DNA from: an uncultured beta proteobacterium
GTDB taxonomy: Bacteria; Pseudomonadota; Gammaproteobacteria; Burkholderiales; Casimicrobiaceae
Length of the DNA: 64,000 nucleotides
NCBI GenBank assembly: GCA_963726915.1
Contig: CAVSEA010000010.1
Coordinates: 31,223 to 95,222, forward strand
Direction: 5' to 3'
The position numbers were made by a program, and so were the translations under genes. This document shows, piece after piece, positions 40,071 to 48,998 of this stretch; positions within the stretch are counted from its first letter, which is position 1; every line of letters starts with the position of its first letter. Below the pieces are notes generated by a model that searched no databases, was not told the DNA's origin, and was given only the letters and a program-made list of their open reading frames with translations.

Positions 40071-41744
40071 GACGTCCGGTGCCGGAGGCCGCGCGCGCGC
40101 TGGTTGCCGCGGGCCTGACACCGTTGTTTGCGCGTATCTACTCTGCGCGCGGCGTGACCGACGCGGCCGACCTCGGCTACGAACTGGCGCGACTGCCGGA
40201 GGCGTCCACGCTGAAGGGTATCGGCGCGGCCGCGGCGAGGCTTGCCGACGGCATCGAGCGCAAGGAGCGCATGCTGATCGTCGCCGACTACGATGCCGAC
40301 GGCGCGACCGCGTGCGCGGTCGGCGTGCGCGGTCTCCGCGCGATGGGTGCCACGGTCGACTTCCTGGTACCCAACCGTTTCGAGTTCGGTTACGGGCTGA
40401 CCCCCGAGATCGTCGCGCTCGCCGCAACGAAGCTGCCGGGGCTGATCATCACGGTCGACAACGGCATCGCCAGCGTCGAGGGCGTTGCCGCAGCGCATGC
40501 GCGCGGTATCGACGTGCTGATCACCGACCATCACCTGCCGGGGAACGCGCTCCCGTCGCCGGCGTGGATCGTCAATCCGAACCAGGCAGGCTGCACGTTT
40601 CCATGCAAGCATCTGGCCGGCGTCGGCGTGATGTTCTATGTATTGACGGCGCTGCGCGCCGAATTGCGTTCGCGCGGGAATTTCGCCGATGCCGAACGGA
40701 CCGAATCTCGCGACGCTGCTCGATCTGGTGGCACTGGGCACGGTGGCGGATGTCGTGCGTCTCGATCACACCAACCGGATTCTGGTCGACAACGGGTTGC
40801 GGCGAATTCGCTCCGGCCGCATGCAGCCAGGCGTGCGGGCATTGTTCGGTGTTGCTCGCCGCGATCCCGACCGCGCGACGACCTACGATCTCGGCTTCGT
40901 CGCCGGGCCACGCCTCAACGCGGCGGGGCGCATGGCGGACATGTCCGTCGGCATCGCCTGCCTGCTCGCCGACGACGACCCGACCGCGGAGCGCCTCGCG
41001 CAGGAACTGGATCGACTCAACCGCGAACGACGCGAGATCGAAACGACGATGCAGGAGCAGGCGTTTGCCGCCGTGGAATCGATCGATGCCGGTGACACAT
41101 ATTCGATCTGTGCGTATCGACCGGATTGGCACCAGGGGGTGGTCGGACTGGTTGCGTCCCGGCTCAAGGACCGCTTCCATCGTCCCGTCGTCGTCTTCGC
41201 ACCCGGCGCCGACGGCGAATTGCGCGGCTCGGGCCGCACGATCGGTGGATTTCACCTGCGCGACGCGCTGGACCTGGTCGCCAAGCGATCCCCCGGCACG
41301 ATCACCCGCTTCGGGGGACATGCCTACGCGGCGGGACTGAGCTTGCCGGAATCTGCGTTGCCCCGATTCATCGAAGCATTCGAACGCGTCGCACGCGAGT
41401 GGCTGACACCGGAAATTCTGCGACAAACCCTTGAAACCGACGGCGAACTCACTCGCGAAGAACTAACGCTAGCGCTCGCGCGCGAGCTTGCCGCGGGCGT
41501 CTGGGGGCAGGGGTTTCCGGCTCCGTTGTTCGAAGGCGCGTTTGACGTTTCGAACCAACGCCTCGTGGCCCAAAAGCACACCAGACTGGCGCTGAACCAG
41601 GGTGGGACACGCATTGACGGCATCGCGTTCAACGAGGCGGGGCCGCTGCCGGAGCGGTTGCACGTCGTCTATCGGCCTGAAATCAATCATTTCCAGGGCC
41701 AGGACGCTTTGCAGATCGTGGTCGAGTCGTGGCGGCCTGCTTGA
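40058..41744 (+). pseudogene. recJ: single-stranded-DNA-specific exonuclease RecJ, frame broken once (about 40697)
   Basis: DHH motifs (IVADYDADGATA, ITVDNG, LITDHH) are in the first register. LLDLVALGTVADVV, GPRLNAAGR and GGHAYAAG are in the second. Confidence 0.9.
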
Positions 41745-42084
41745 AATACCAGGCAGCCGCCCGTTCGGGTGAGATGGTTCGCGAATCACCTTGCCACGTA
41801 GTCAGTAATCACTTACTTCCCACCCGCGCCGTGCGCCATCGAGGGCGCAGCAATAATTTGCCTAGGTCATCGCCGGCGCGCTTCTGCTCCAGCGTGGTGC
41901 CACCTGCCAGCTCAACTGCCAACTATATGATGTTTAATGCATTTCCAAAGATACAACACTTTGTGGTTCAGCTGCCATTTCATCGATTTGCCATATTGTG
42001 CGACGCAATGAAAAGGGGCAGAATCCGCTGCGGTGCAACAGGGCATGAGACCCTGTGCCGACGGCGGGGCTCACGAGGACAAAC

Positions 42085-42909
42085 ATGACTCAGAACGGCA
42101 GCGGTCAGAACGGCAACGGTCTGAACGGCAACGGGTCGCATGGCAACGGATCGAACGGTAATGGCCACGGACGCCTGCCCGGCAAGGTTGCGATCATTAC
42201 GGGTGGAGGTCAGGGGATCGGCCGCGCCACCGCAGTGAAGTTCGCGCAGGAAGGCGCCAAGGTCGCAGTCTGTGACATCAACATGACCTCGGTCGCGGAA
42301 ACGTTGGCCGAAGTCCGCAATAACGGCGGCGATGCGCTCGGATTCCAGGTAGACGTCACCGACAAGGCCAGCATCAAGCGCATGGTCGAAGGCGTAATGT
42401 TCGCGTGGCAACGCATCGACACGCTGGTAAACAACGCGGGCATCGTCCAGGACGCACGCTTCAGCAAGATGACCGATGACCAGTTCGAGCGCGTCATCGA
42501 CGTCAATCTCAAGGGTGTATACAACTGCACCAAGGCCGTGGTCGACATCATGCTGCTGCAGAATTCCGGCTGCATCCTGAATGCATCATCGATCGTCGGC
42601 ATCTACGGCAATTTCGGGCAGACCAATTACGCGGCAACCAAGTTCGGCGTCATCGGCATGGTCAAGACGTGGGCGCGCGAACTGGGCAGCAAGGGCATTC
42701 GCGCCAATGCGATCTGTCCCGGCTTCATCGAAACACCCATTCTCGACGCGATTCCGGAAAAAGTGCTCCGGTCCATCGAGGAACGCGTGCCGATGGGGCG
42801 CCTGGGCAAGCCCGAGGAAATCGCCAATACGTATGCGTGGCTCGCGTCGGACGAGGCGAGTTACATCAACGGCGCCGTCATCGAAGTGTCCGGCGGCGTC
42901 ACCATCTAG
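42085..42909 (+). CDS. short-chain dehydrogenase/reductase (FabG-like) with N-terminal Asn/Gly repeat
   Basis: Cofactor motif TGGGQGIGRAT, NNAG, and catalytic S...YAATK. The first 30 aa are xNGNG pentapeptides. Confidence 0.85.
   Translation: MTQNGSGQNGNGLNGNGSHGNGSNGNGHGRLPGKVAIITGGGQGIGRATAVKFAQEGAKVAVCDINMTSVAETLAEVRNNGGDALGFQVDVTDKASIKRMVEGVMFAWQRIDTLVNNAGIVQDARFSKMTDDQFERVIDVNLKGVYNCTKAVVDIMLLQNSGCILNASSIVGIYGNFGQTNYAATKFGVIGMVKTWARELGSKGIRANAICPGFIETPILDAIPEKVLRSIEERVPMGRLGKPEEIANTYAWLASDEASYINGAVIEVSGGVTI
42091..42165 (+). repeat. 5 x 15-nt in-frame tandem repeat
   Basis: cagaacggcagcggt / cagaacggcaacggt / ctgaacggcaacggg / tcgcatggcaacgga / tcgaacggtaatggc. Confidence 0.9.
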
Positions 42910-42994
42910 CAGGCGCCGTGCCTGCAGCGCGCGGGCTTGAGCCCGACCCGCGCGCCCTGTAGCATGGACGACTCCGTCACCGAAGGTCGCCAGC

Positions 42995-43540
42995 ATGCTT
43001 CGCAACTCCTTTTTCCTCGCGTGCGCAATCGCGGCTTGCGTCAATGCAGGTGCCGCACGAGCGCTCGACAAGGTCGATCCCTACATCTGCCCGACCAAGA
43101 CGAGCGGCACCGGCGTCGAGTGCTATCTCGAGGCGATTCCGCAAACGTACACGATGTGCCGGCACATCAAGCACATCGAGATCATCGAGTTCGGCCTCAC
43201 CGGAGCGCAGGAAGGCGTCAACGGCGCCAAGACCGATTCGTGCATCGAGAAGCACAAGCTGTCGATGACCCGTCCATACCAGGCAGCGCTGCGCGAAGCG
43301 GCGCGCAACAAGGACGAGGTCGCGGCACTGCGCAAGCTCCACGACACGTGGCTGGAAAGCCTCGCCAAGCTGCGTCCCGTCAAGGGCGAAAGCGACGAAG
43401 GCTACCGACTCCGGGTGATCGACCCCTACGGCGAATTCAACGAGCAGATCAAGAACATCATGGTCATCGCCGATCGTCCTCCTCCTGCCGTGGTCGCGAC
43501 GCCAAAAGCCGCGCCGAAGAAAAAGCCCGCGACGCCGTAG
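42995..43540 (+). CDS. secreted protein of unknown function
   Basis: Signal peptide MLRNSFFLACAIAACVNAGAARA, four Cys residues, and a Lys/Pro-rich tail. Confidence 0.55.
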   Translation: MLRNSFFLACAIAACVNAGAARALDKVDPYICPTKTSGTGVECYLEAIPQTYTMCRHIKHIEIIEFGLTGAQEGVNGAKTDSCIEKHKLSMTRPYQAALREAARNKDEVAALRKLHDTWLESLAKLRPVKGESDEGYRLRVIDPYGEFNEQIKNIMVIADRPPPAVVATPKAAPKKKPATP

Positions 43541-43590
43541 CGGTCAGATAAGCCGACGCCCCCTGGCCAAGGGCGGAGCAAGGAAACCCG

Positions 43591-45546
43591 CTGAACACGA
43601 TCGAGCTCGCACGGATTTTCGGCCCGGACGGACCGCTCGCACACGAACTTCCCGCCTATCGCCCGCGCCCGCAGCAGCTGGCAATGGCGGAAGCGATCGC
43701 CTACGCCATCCAGACGCAGGGCCAGTTGATCGCCGAAGCCGGCACCGGCACCGGCAAGACGTTGGCGTATCTCGTTCCGGCGCTGCTTTCGGGCGGCAAG
43801 GTCATCATTTCCACCGGAACGAAAACGCTGCAGGATCAGCTTTTCCAGCGCGACCTGCCGGTCGTGCGCGACGCGCTGAAGGTCCCGGTCACCGTTGCCT
43901 TGCTCAAGGGGCGCGGCAACTACGTATGCCACCACCATCTCGAGCGCACCGTGGCGGGCGGCACGCTGGCGACGCGCGCCGACGTGCGTTACCTGAAACG
44001 CATCGAGGCGTTCGCGCGCACGTCGACGACCGGGGACCGCGGCGAACTCGCCGACGTGCCGGAGTCGGCCGCGGTCTGGGGCGACGTCACCTCGACGCGC
44101 GAAAACTGCCTGGGCAGCGAATGTGCGTACTTCGACAAGTGCTTCGTGATGAACGCGCGCAAGGAAGCGCTCGCCGCCGATGTCGTCGTCGTCAATCACC
44201 ATCTGTTCTTCGCCGACGTCATGCTGCGCGACGAGGGGCTGACCGAATTGCTGCCGGCATGCAACACCGTGATCCTCGACGAGGCGCACCAGCTGCCGGA
44301 TACCGCGACGCTGTTTTTCGGCGAGGAGGTCACTGCCGGGCAACTGGGCGAGCTTGCCCGCGACGCCGAGGCCGAATCGCTGCGTGCGGCCCGCGACTAT
44401 GCGCCGCTGCCCGACGCCGCACAGGGACTGGTCATGGCCCTGCGGCGATTCCGACTCGCGACCGGCGACACGCCCGGCAAATGGCCGGCAGCGATCGCGC
44501 TGCAGCGCCCGGGCTTCGACGCCGCGCTCGACGCACTGGCCGCGGCGACCGACGTCCTGTCGACCCAATTGGGCACTCAGGCCGAGCGCAGCGATGAACT
44601 CGCACAATGCGCGGCGCGCGCTTCCGAGTTGGCGCAGCAGGTCGCGCGCTGGCGCGACCGCGATGACCCGGCATGGGTGCGCTGGATCGACGTCAGCGCC
44701 ACGGGGTGGCAGATGCGGGCGTCGCCGCTATCGATCGCCGAGATTTTTTCCAAGCAGGTCACCGGTACCGCGCGTGCCTGGATCTTTACCTCCGCAACGC
44801 TTGCGATCGGTGGCGACTTCAGCCTCTACCAGCGCGAATTGGGACTCGATGCGGCGGCAACCGGGTACTGGGAAAGTCCGTTCGACTACGCCAACCAGGC
44901 CATCCTCTATCTTCCACGCGATCTCCCGCCACCCAACAGCTTCGAGCACACCGACGCGGTCGTCGCCGCCGCGCTGCCGGTGTTGCGCGCAAGCCGCGGC
45001 CGCGCATTCATGCTGTTCACGACGTTGCGCGCGCTGGCCCGGGCGCGCGAGACGTTGATTGCGGAAATCGAGCGCGGCACGCTGGACTTTCCGCTGCTGG
45101 CGCAGGGCGAAGGATCGCGCACCGAGCTGTTGTCGCGCTTCCGCCGCCTTGGCAATGCGGTGCTGCTCGGCAGCCAGAGCTTCTGGGAAGGCGTGGACGT
45201 GCAGGGCGAGGCGTTGTCGCTCGTCGTCATCGACAAGCTGCCATTTGCGCCGCCCGACGATCCGCTGTTCGCGGCGCGCCTGGAGCACATCGCGCGCGAA
45301 GGCGGCAATCCGTTCATGGACTATCAGTTACCGCAGGCCGCAATCAACCTGAAGCAAGGCGCAGGCCGGTTGATCCGGTCGGAGACCGATCGCGGCGTAC
45401 TGATGATTTGCGATCGGCGGCTGGTCGACAAGCCCTACGGCCGAAGAATCTGGCAGGCGTTGCCGCCGATGCGCCGCACGCGGGAACTGGACGACGTGTG
45501 CGCGTTCTTTGATGACGTGCCGGAGCACGCCGAGCAGAAGTCCTAG
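43591..45546 (+). CDS. ATP-dependent DNA helicase (DinG/YoaA, Rad3-like)
   Basis: AEAGTGTGKTLAYL, DEAH box (ILDEAHQL) and the motif VI region QGAGRLIRSETDRGV. YoaA-like N-terminal sequence (FGPDGPLAHELPAYRPRPQQ) lies upstream of the first ATG (43684). The only plausible start is therefore CTG 43591, preceded by AAGGAA. Confidence 0.8.
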   Translation: MNTIELARIFGPDGPLAHELPAYRPRPQQLAMAEAIAYAIQTQGQLIAEAGTGTGKTLAYLVPALLSGGKVIISTGTKTLQDQLFQRDLPVVRDALKVPVTVALLKGRGNYVCHHHLERTVAGGTLATRADVRYLKRIEAFARTSTTGDRGELADVPESAAVWGDVTSTRENCLGSECAYFDKCFVMNARKEALAADVVVVNHHLFFADVMLRDEGLTELLPACNTVILDEAHQLPDTATLFFGEEVTAGQLGELARDAEAESLRAARDYAPLPDAAQGLVMALRRFRLATGDTPGKWPAAIALQRPGFDAALDALAAATDVLSTQLGTQAERSDELAQCAARASELAQQVARWRDRDDPAWVRWIDVSATGWQMRASPLSIAEIFSKQVTGTARAWIFTSATLAIGGDFSLYQRELGLDAAATGYWESPFDYANQAILYLPRDLPPPNSFEHTDAVVAAALPVLRASRGRAFMLFTTLRALARARETLIAEIERGTLDFPLLAQGEGSRTELLSRFRRLGNAVLLGSQSFWEGVDVQGEALSLVVIDKLPFAPPDDPLFAARLEHIAREGGNPFMDYQLPQAAINLKQGAGRLIRSETDRGVLMICDRRLVDKPYGRRIWQALPPMRRTRELDDVCAFFDDVPEHAEQKS

Positions 45547-46445
45547 TTTGCCGGGGTCGGCGCGCTGGGCGGCGGCCCCGCGTTTTCAAGCGACTTCGGC
45601 ACGGTGTCGTTCTCGAGCAGCTGCACGACCTCGTCGGACTGCCAGAACTTCCACCACGGCTTGGTCGTCCCCGTGCGCAGGAACGCACTGTCCGGGAAAT
45701 TCTGCGCGAGTACGCGGCGGGAGTCTTGGCTCAACTGAGGCATGCCCAGCTTGTCGTATCCCATCACCATCAGAATGAGCGCCTGCTCGTTGGCGGGCGT
45801 CTGGGGATAATTGGTGACGGTGGCAGCGGCACGGTTCACCGCGGCGATATATGCGCCACGGTTGTAGTAGTAGCGGCCGACGTGCACTTCGTACATGCCC
45901 AACGCGTTGGTGAGGTAACGCATGCGCTCGATCGAATCCTCCGCGTACCGGCTCTCCGGAAATCGCGTCACGAGCTCCTTGAAGGCGCCGAACGATTCCT
46001 TGGTCATCCTCGGGTCGCGCTCGGACAGATCCTGCTCGACCACGTACCCGAACAAACCCTGGTCCTCGCGGAAATTCACAAGGCCCTTCAGGTAGTAGGC
46101 GTAGTCGACGCTGGGGCTGTTGGGATAGGTGCGGATAAAGCGATCGCAGCCAGCGATCGCGAGCGCGGTCTCGTTCTGCCGGTAGTTGGCGTAGGCCCCT
46201 TCAAGAATCGCCTGCTGCGCGTGGCGGCCATAGGGGAAGCGGCCTTCTAGCGTGTCGAAGAGCTTGACCGCCCGGGTATAATTGCCCGACACCATCGCGC
46301 CGTGCGCCTCGTCATACAGCTTTTCGGCGGACCAGTTCCCTGTCTCGTCCTTCACTTCCGGGAGCCAGCTGCAGCCCGCGAATCCAAGTACTAGCGCAAG
46401 CACCGCGGCGCAACGACCTACGTTCGACATCCAGGTTTTCGACAT
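45543..46445 (-). CDS. bamD: outer membrane protein assembly factor BamD
   Basis: Lipobox LGFAGC and TPR-like repeats (LYDEAHGAMVSGNYTRAVKLFDTLEGRFPYG...). It lies divergent to rluD, as in many proteobacteria. Confidence 0.9.
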   Translation of the reverse strand: MSKTWMSNVGRCAAVLALVLGFAGCSWLPEVKDETGNWSAEKLYDEAHGAMVSGNYTRAVKLFDTLEGRFPYGRHAQQAILEGAYANYRQNETALAIAGCDRFIRTYPNSPSVDYAYYLKGLVNFREDQGLFGYVVEQDLSERDPRMTKESFGAFKELVTRFPESRYAEDSIERMRYLTNALGMYEVHVGRYYYNRGAYIAAVNRAAATVTNYPQTPANEQALILMVMGYDKLGMPQLSQDSRRVLAQNFPDSAFLRTGTTKPWWKFWQSDEVVQLLENDTVPKSLENAGPPPSAPTPAN

Positions 46446-46456
46446 TTCCCACTCCA

Positions 46457-47425
46457 TTGGTCGCCGAGAATTATAGCCCAGGCTCCGACCCCGAACGGGC
46501 GCAAGCGACCGTGGTGGTCGACGTGCCCGTTTCGTGTCGTGGCCTGCGGCTGGACCAGGCGCTGGCGCGGCTGATCCCCGAGCATTCGCGCAGCCGCATT
46601 CGCACGTGGATCGATGCGGGACGCGTCTCGCTCGCCGGCGCCGCCATCGAGGCGACGCGACGCGTGGACGGCGGCGAGCGCCTGATCGTGCATCCTCTCG
46701 CCGACCCGCGCGCCGCTGCCTATGTTCCCCAGGCGATCGCGCTCACCATCGTCCACGAGGACGCCGCCATCATCGTCATAGACAAGCCCGCCGGGTTGGT
46801 AGTTCACCCCGGCAGCGGAAATTGGGACGGCACGCTGGCCAATGCGCTGCTGCACCACGCACCCGGGCTCGCCGCGGTCCCGCGGGCGGGCATCGTGCAC
46901 CGGCTCGACAAGGATACGAGCGGCCTGCTCGTCGTGGCAAAAACGACGATTGCGCAGACCGCGCTCGTGCGGCAGCTGCAGGCACGCAGCGTGCACCGAG
47001 AATACATGGCGCTCGCCACCGGCGACATCGCGCGCGGCGGCACCATCGATGCGCCGATCGGGCGGCATCCGGCAAGGCGCACGTCGATGGCGGTGGTCGC
47101 AAGTGGCAAGCCCGCGATCACGCGCTTCGAAGTGCGCGAACGCCTCGGCGACTGCACCTTGCTCGCCTGTCGGTTGGAAACGGGACGCACGCACCAGATT
47201 CGCGTCCATCTGGCATCGCTCGGACATCCACTGGTCGGCGATCCGGCTTACGGTCGCGCGCAGGGCAAGCGCATCGCGTTCGCGCGCCAGGCGCTGCACG
47301 CGTGGAAGCTCGGACTCAGGCATCCGACAACACATGAGCCGGTCCAATGGCAAGCGCCGTTGCCGGCCGATTTCGCCGCGCTTATGGCGACATTACGCAC
47401 GCGCCGGCCGGGGTCCGATGCCTGA
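46457..47425 (+). CDS. rluD: 23S rRNA pseudouridine synthase RluD
   Basis: S4 domain followed by the catalytic HRLDKDTSGLLVVAK and GRTHQIRVHL. Confidence 0.9.
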   Translation: MVAENYSPGSDPERAQATVVVDVPVSCRGLRLDQALARLIPEHSRSRIRTWIDAGRVSLAGAAIEATRRVDGGERLIVHPLADPRAAAYVPQAIALTIVHEDAAIIVIDKPAGLVVHPGSGNWDGTLANALLHHAPGLAAVPRAGIVHRLDKDTSGLLVVAKTTIAQTALVRQLQARSVHREYMALATGDIARGGTIDAPIGRHPARRTSMAVVASGKPAITRFEVRERLGDCTLLACRLETGRTHQIRVHLASLGHPLVGDPAYGRAQGKRIAFARQALHAWKLGLRHPTTHEPVQWQAPLPADFAALMATLRTRRPGSDA

Positions 47426-48167
47426 ACTCGCGCTTGCGCAGCGATTCGCCGCGGAACGACTCGACTGGATCGTCCCCGACTGGCCGGCGCCGGACAACGT
47501 GCACGCACTGTCGACCACGCGCAACCTGGGGCCGGGACGCGAGATCGACTTTGCACCGAGCCATCCCGAGGTCGCGCACGCACGGCGCGAGCTGCGCCGC
47601 TTCGTTCCGCGCGATCCGCTGTGGCTTGCGCAAGTGCACGGCACCACGATCGTGTCGGCCGACAGCGCATCGGCGGGCACACCGCAGGCCGATGGCGCGT
47701 TCGCGCGCGCCGCCGGCAACGCCTGCGCGGTGCTGACCGGCGACTGCCTGCCCGTCCTCTTCGCGCATGGCGACGGGAGCGTCGTCGCGGCGGCGCACGC
47801 GGGATGGCGCGGACTTGCGGCGGGCGTGCTGGAGGCGACGCTCGAGGGCATGCGCGTCGAACCGGGATCCGTATTGGCGTGGCTCGGCCCTGCCATCGGC
47901 CCGGCCGCATTCGAGGTAGGCGCGGAGGTCCGAGCAGTATTGAACGCGCGCGATGCCATGCCGGACGCCTGCTTCAGGCGCGCGGGCGCCGGCAAGTGGT
48001 ACGCCGATCTGTATGCGCTGGCGCGTTATCGTCTGGCACGCGCCGGCGTCCGCGCCGTGTATGGCGGTGGACGTTGCACCTTCACCGAACGCGATGCGTT
48101 CTACTCCTACCGGCGCGGCGGCGCGGATGCCGCTCGACGCATGGCAACCGTCATCTGGCGAGATTGA
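47418..48167 (+). CDS. pgeF: purine nucleoside phosphorylase / laccase-domain protein PgeF (YfiH)
   Basis: TGDCLPVLF, HAGWRG, and the C-terminal CTF...FYSYRR. Confidence 0.85.
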   Translation: MPELALAQRFAAERLDWIVPDWPAPDNVHALSTTRNLGPGREIDFAPSHPEVAHARRELRRFVPRDPLWLAQVHGTTIVSADSASAGTPQADGAFARAAGNACAVLTGDCLPVLFAHGDGSVVAAAHAGWRGLAAGVLEATLEGMRVEPGSVLAWLGPAIGPAAFEVGAEVRAVLNARDAMPDACFRRAGAGKWYADLYALARYRLARAGVRAVYGGGRCTFTERDAFYSYRRGGADAARRMATVIWRD

Positions 48168-48191
48168 CGACGAACGTATAATGACCGCAGG

Positions 48192-48998
48192 TTGCACATG
48201 ACGTCCACGCTCTCCCCTCTCGCCGCCATCGTCATCGCGTGTCTAGCCGGGGGCGTGCTCGCCATCGTCGCGGCGGCGGGCACGCTTGCGCTGCACGCGC
48301 GCTGGATTTCGCCGCTGGTCAGTTTCGCGGTCGGGGCATTGCTGGGCGCCGTGTTCCTCGAACTGCTGCCGCACGCGCTCGAACGCGGCAACACCGAGCG
48401 CGTCATGGCGACGATGCTCGGCGGCCTGCTGCTCTTCTTCCTGCTGGAGAAACTCGTCCTCTGGCGGCACAGTCACGGCGAAGCCGAGGAACTCGCCGGC
48501 GACGCGGGCGGCTTCGATGCACGCCACAGCGCCGGGCACGATCACGGCCGTTCGGGTCTGATGATCCTGATCGGCAACAGCGTGCACAATTTCTGCGACG
48601 GCGTGGTGATCGCGGCCTCGTTTCTCACCGATTTCGCGCTGGGTACCGCGACGGCGCTGGCCATCGTTGCGCACGCGATTCCACAGCAGGTGGGCGACTT
48701 CGCGGTGTTGATGCACTCGGGCTATTCCAAGCGCCGCGCCTTCGCCTACAATTTGGCCACGGGTACGGCGACGCTCGCCGGCGGGTTGGCGGGCTATTCG
48801 GCGCTGGCGTCGATGCAACACATTTTGCCGACCGTACTCGCGCTGGCGGCCGCAAGCCTGCTGTATGTTGCAGTCGCCGACCTGATTCCCAGCCTGCACC
48901 GCCATCCGGCGCCGGCGCAGACGGTACTGCAGCTGGCACTGATCGGAGTCGGCATCGCGATCATCGCGGTGGTCCATTTCGCCTTGGAGCGCACTTGA
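48192..48998 (+). CDS. ZIP family metal transporter
   Basis: Eight TM layout, a His-rich loop (HSHGEAEE...HSAGHDHG), and the motifs NSVHNFCDG and HAIPQQVGDF. Confidence 0.85.
   Translation: MHMTSTLSPLAAIVIACLAGGVLAIVAAAGTLALHARWISPLVSFAVGALLGAVFLELLPHALERGNTERVMATMLGGLLLFFLLEKLVLWRHSHGEAEELAGDAGGFDARHSAGHDHGRSGLMILIGNSVHNFCDGVVIAASFLTDFALGTATALAIVAHAIPQQVGDFAVLMHSGYSKRRAFAYNLATGTATLAGGLAGYSALASMQHILPTVLALAAASLLYVAVADLIPSLHRHPAPAQTVLQLALIGVGIAIIAVVHFALERT

Noticed and set aside
41745-42084. 340-bp AT-richer gap after recJ, with ORF 41729..42088 and the palindrome TGCGACGCA.
   Set aside because: The ORF has no coding bias or ribosome-binding site. The palindrome is only 9 nt. I could fold no tRNA-like or terminator structure.
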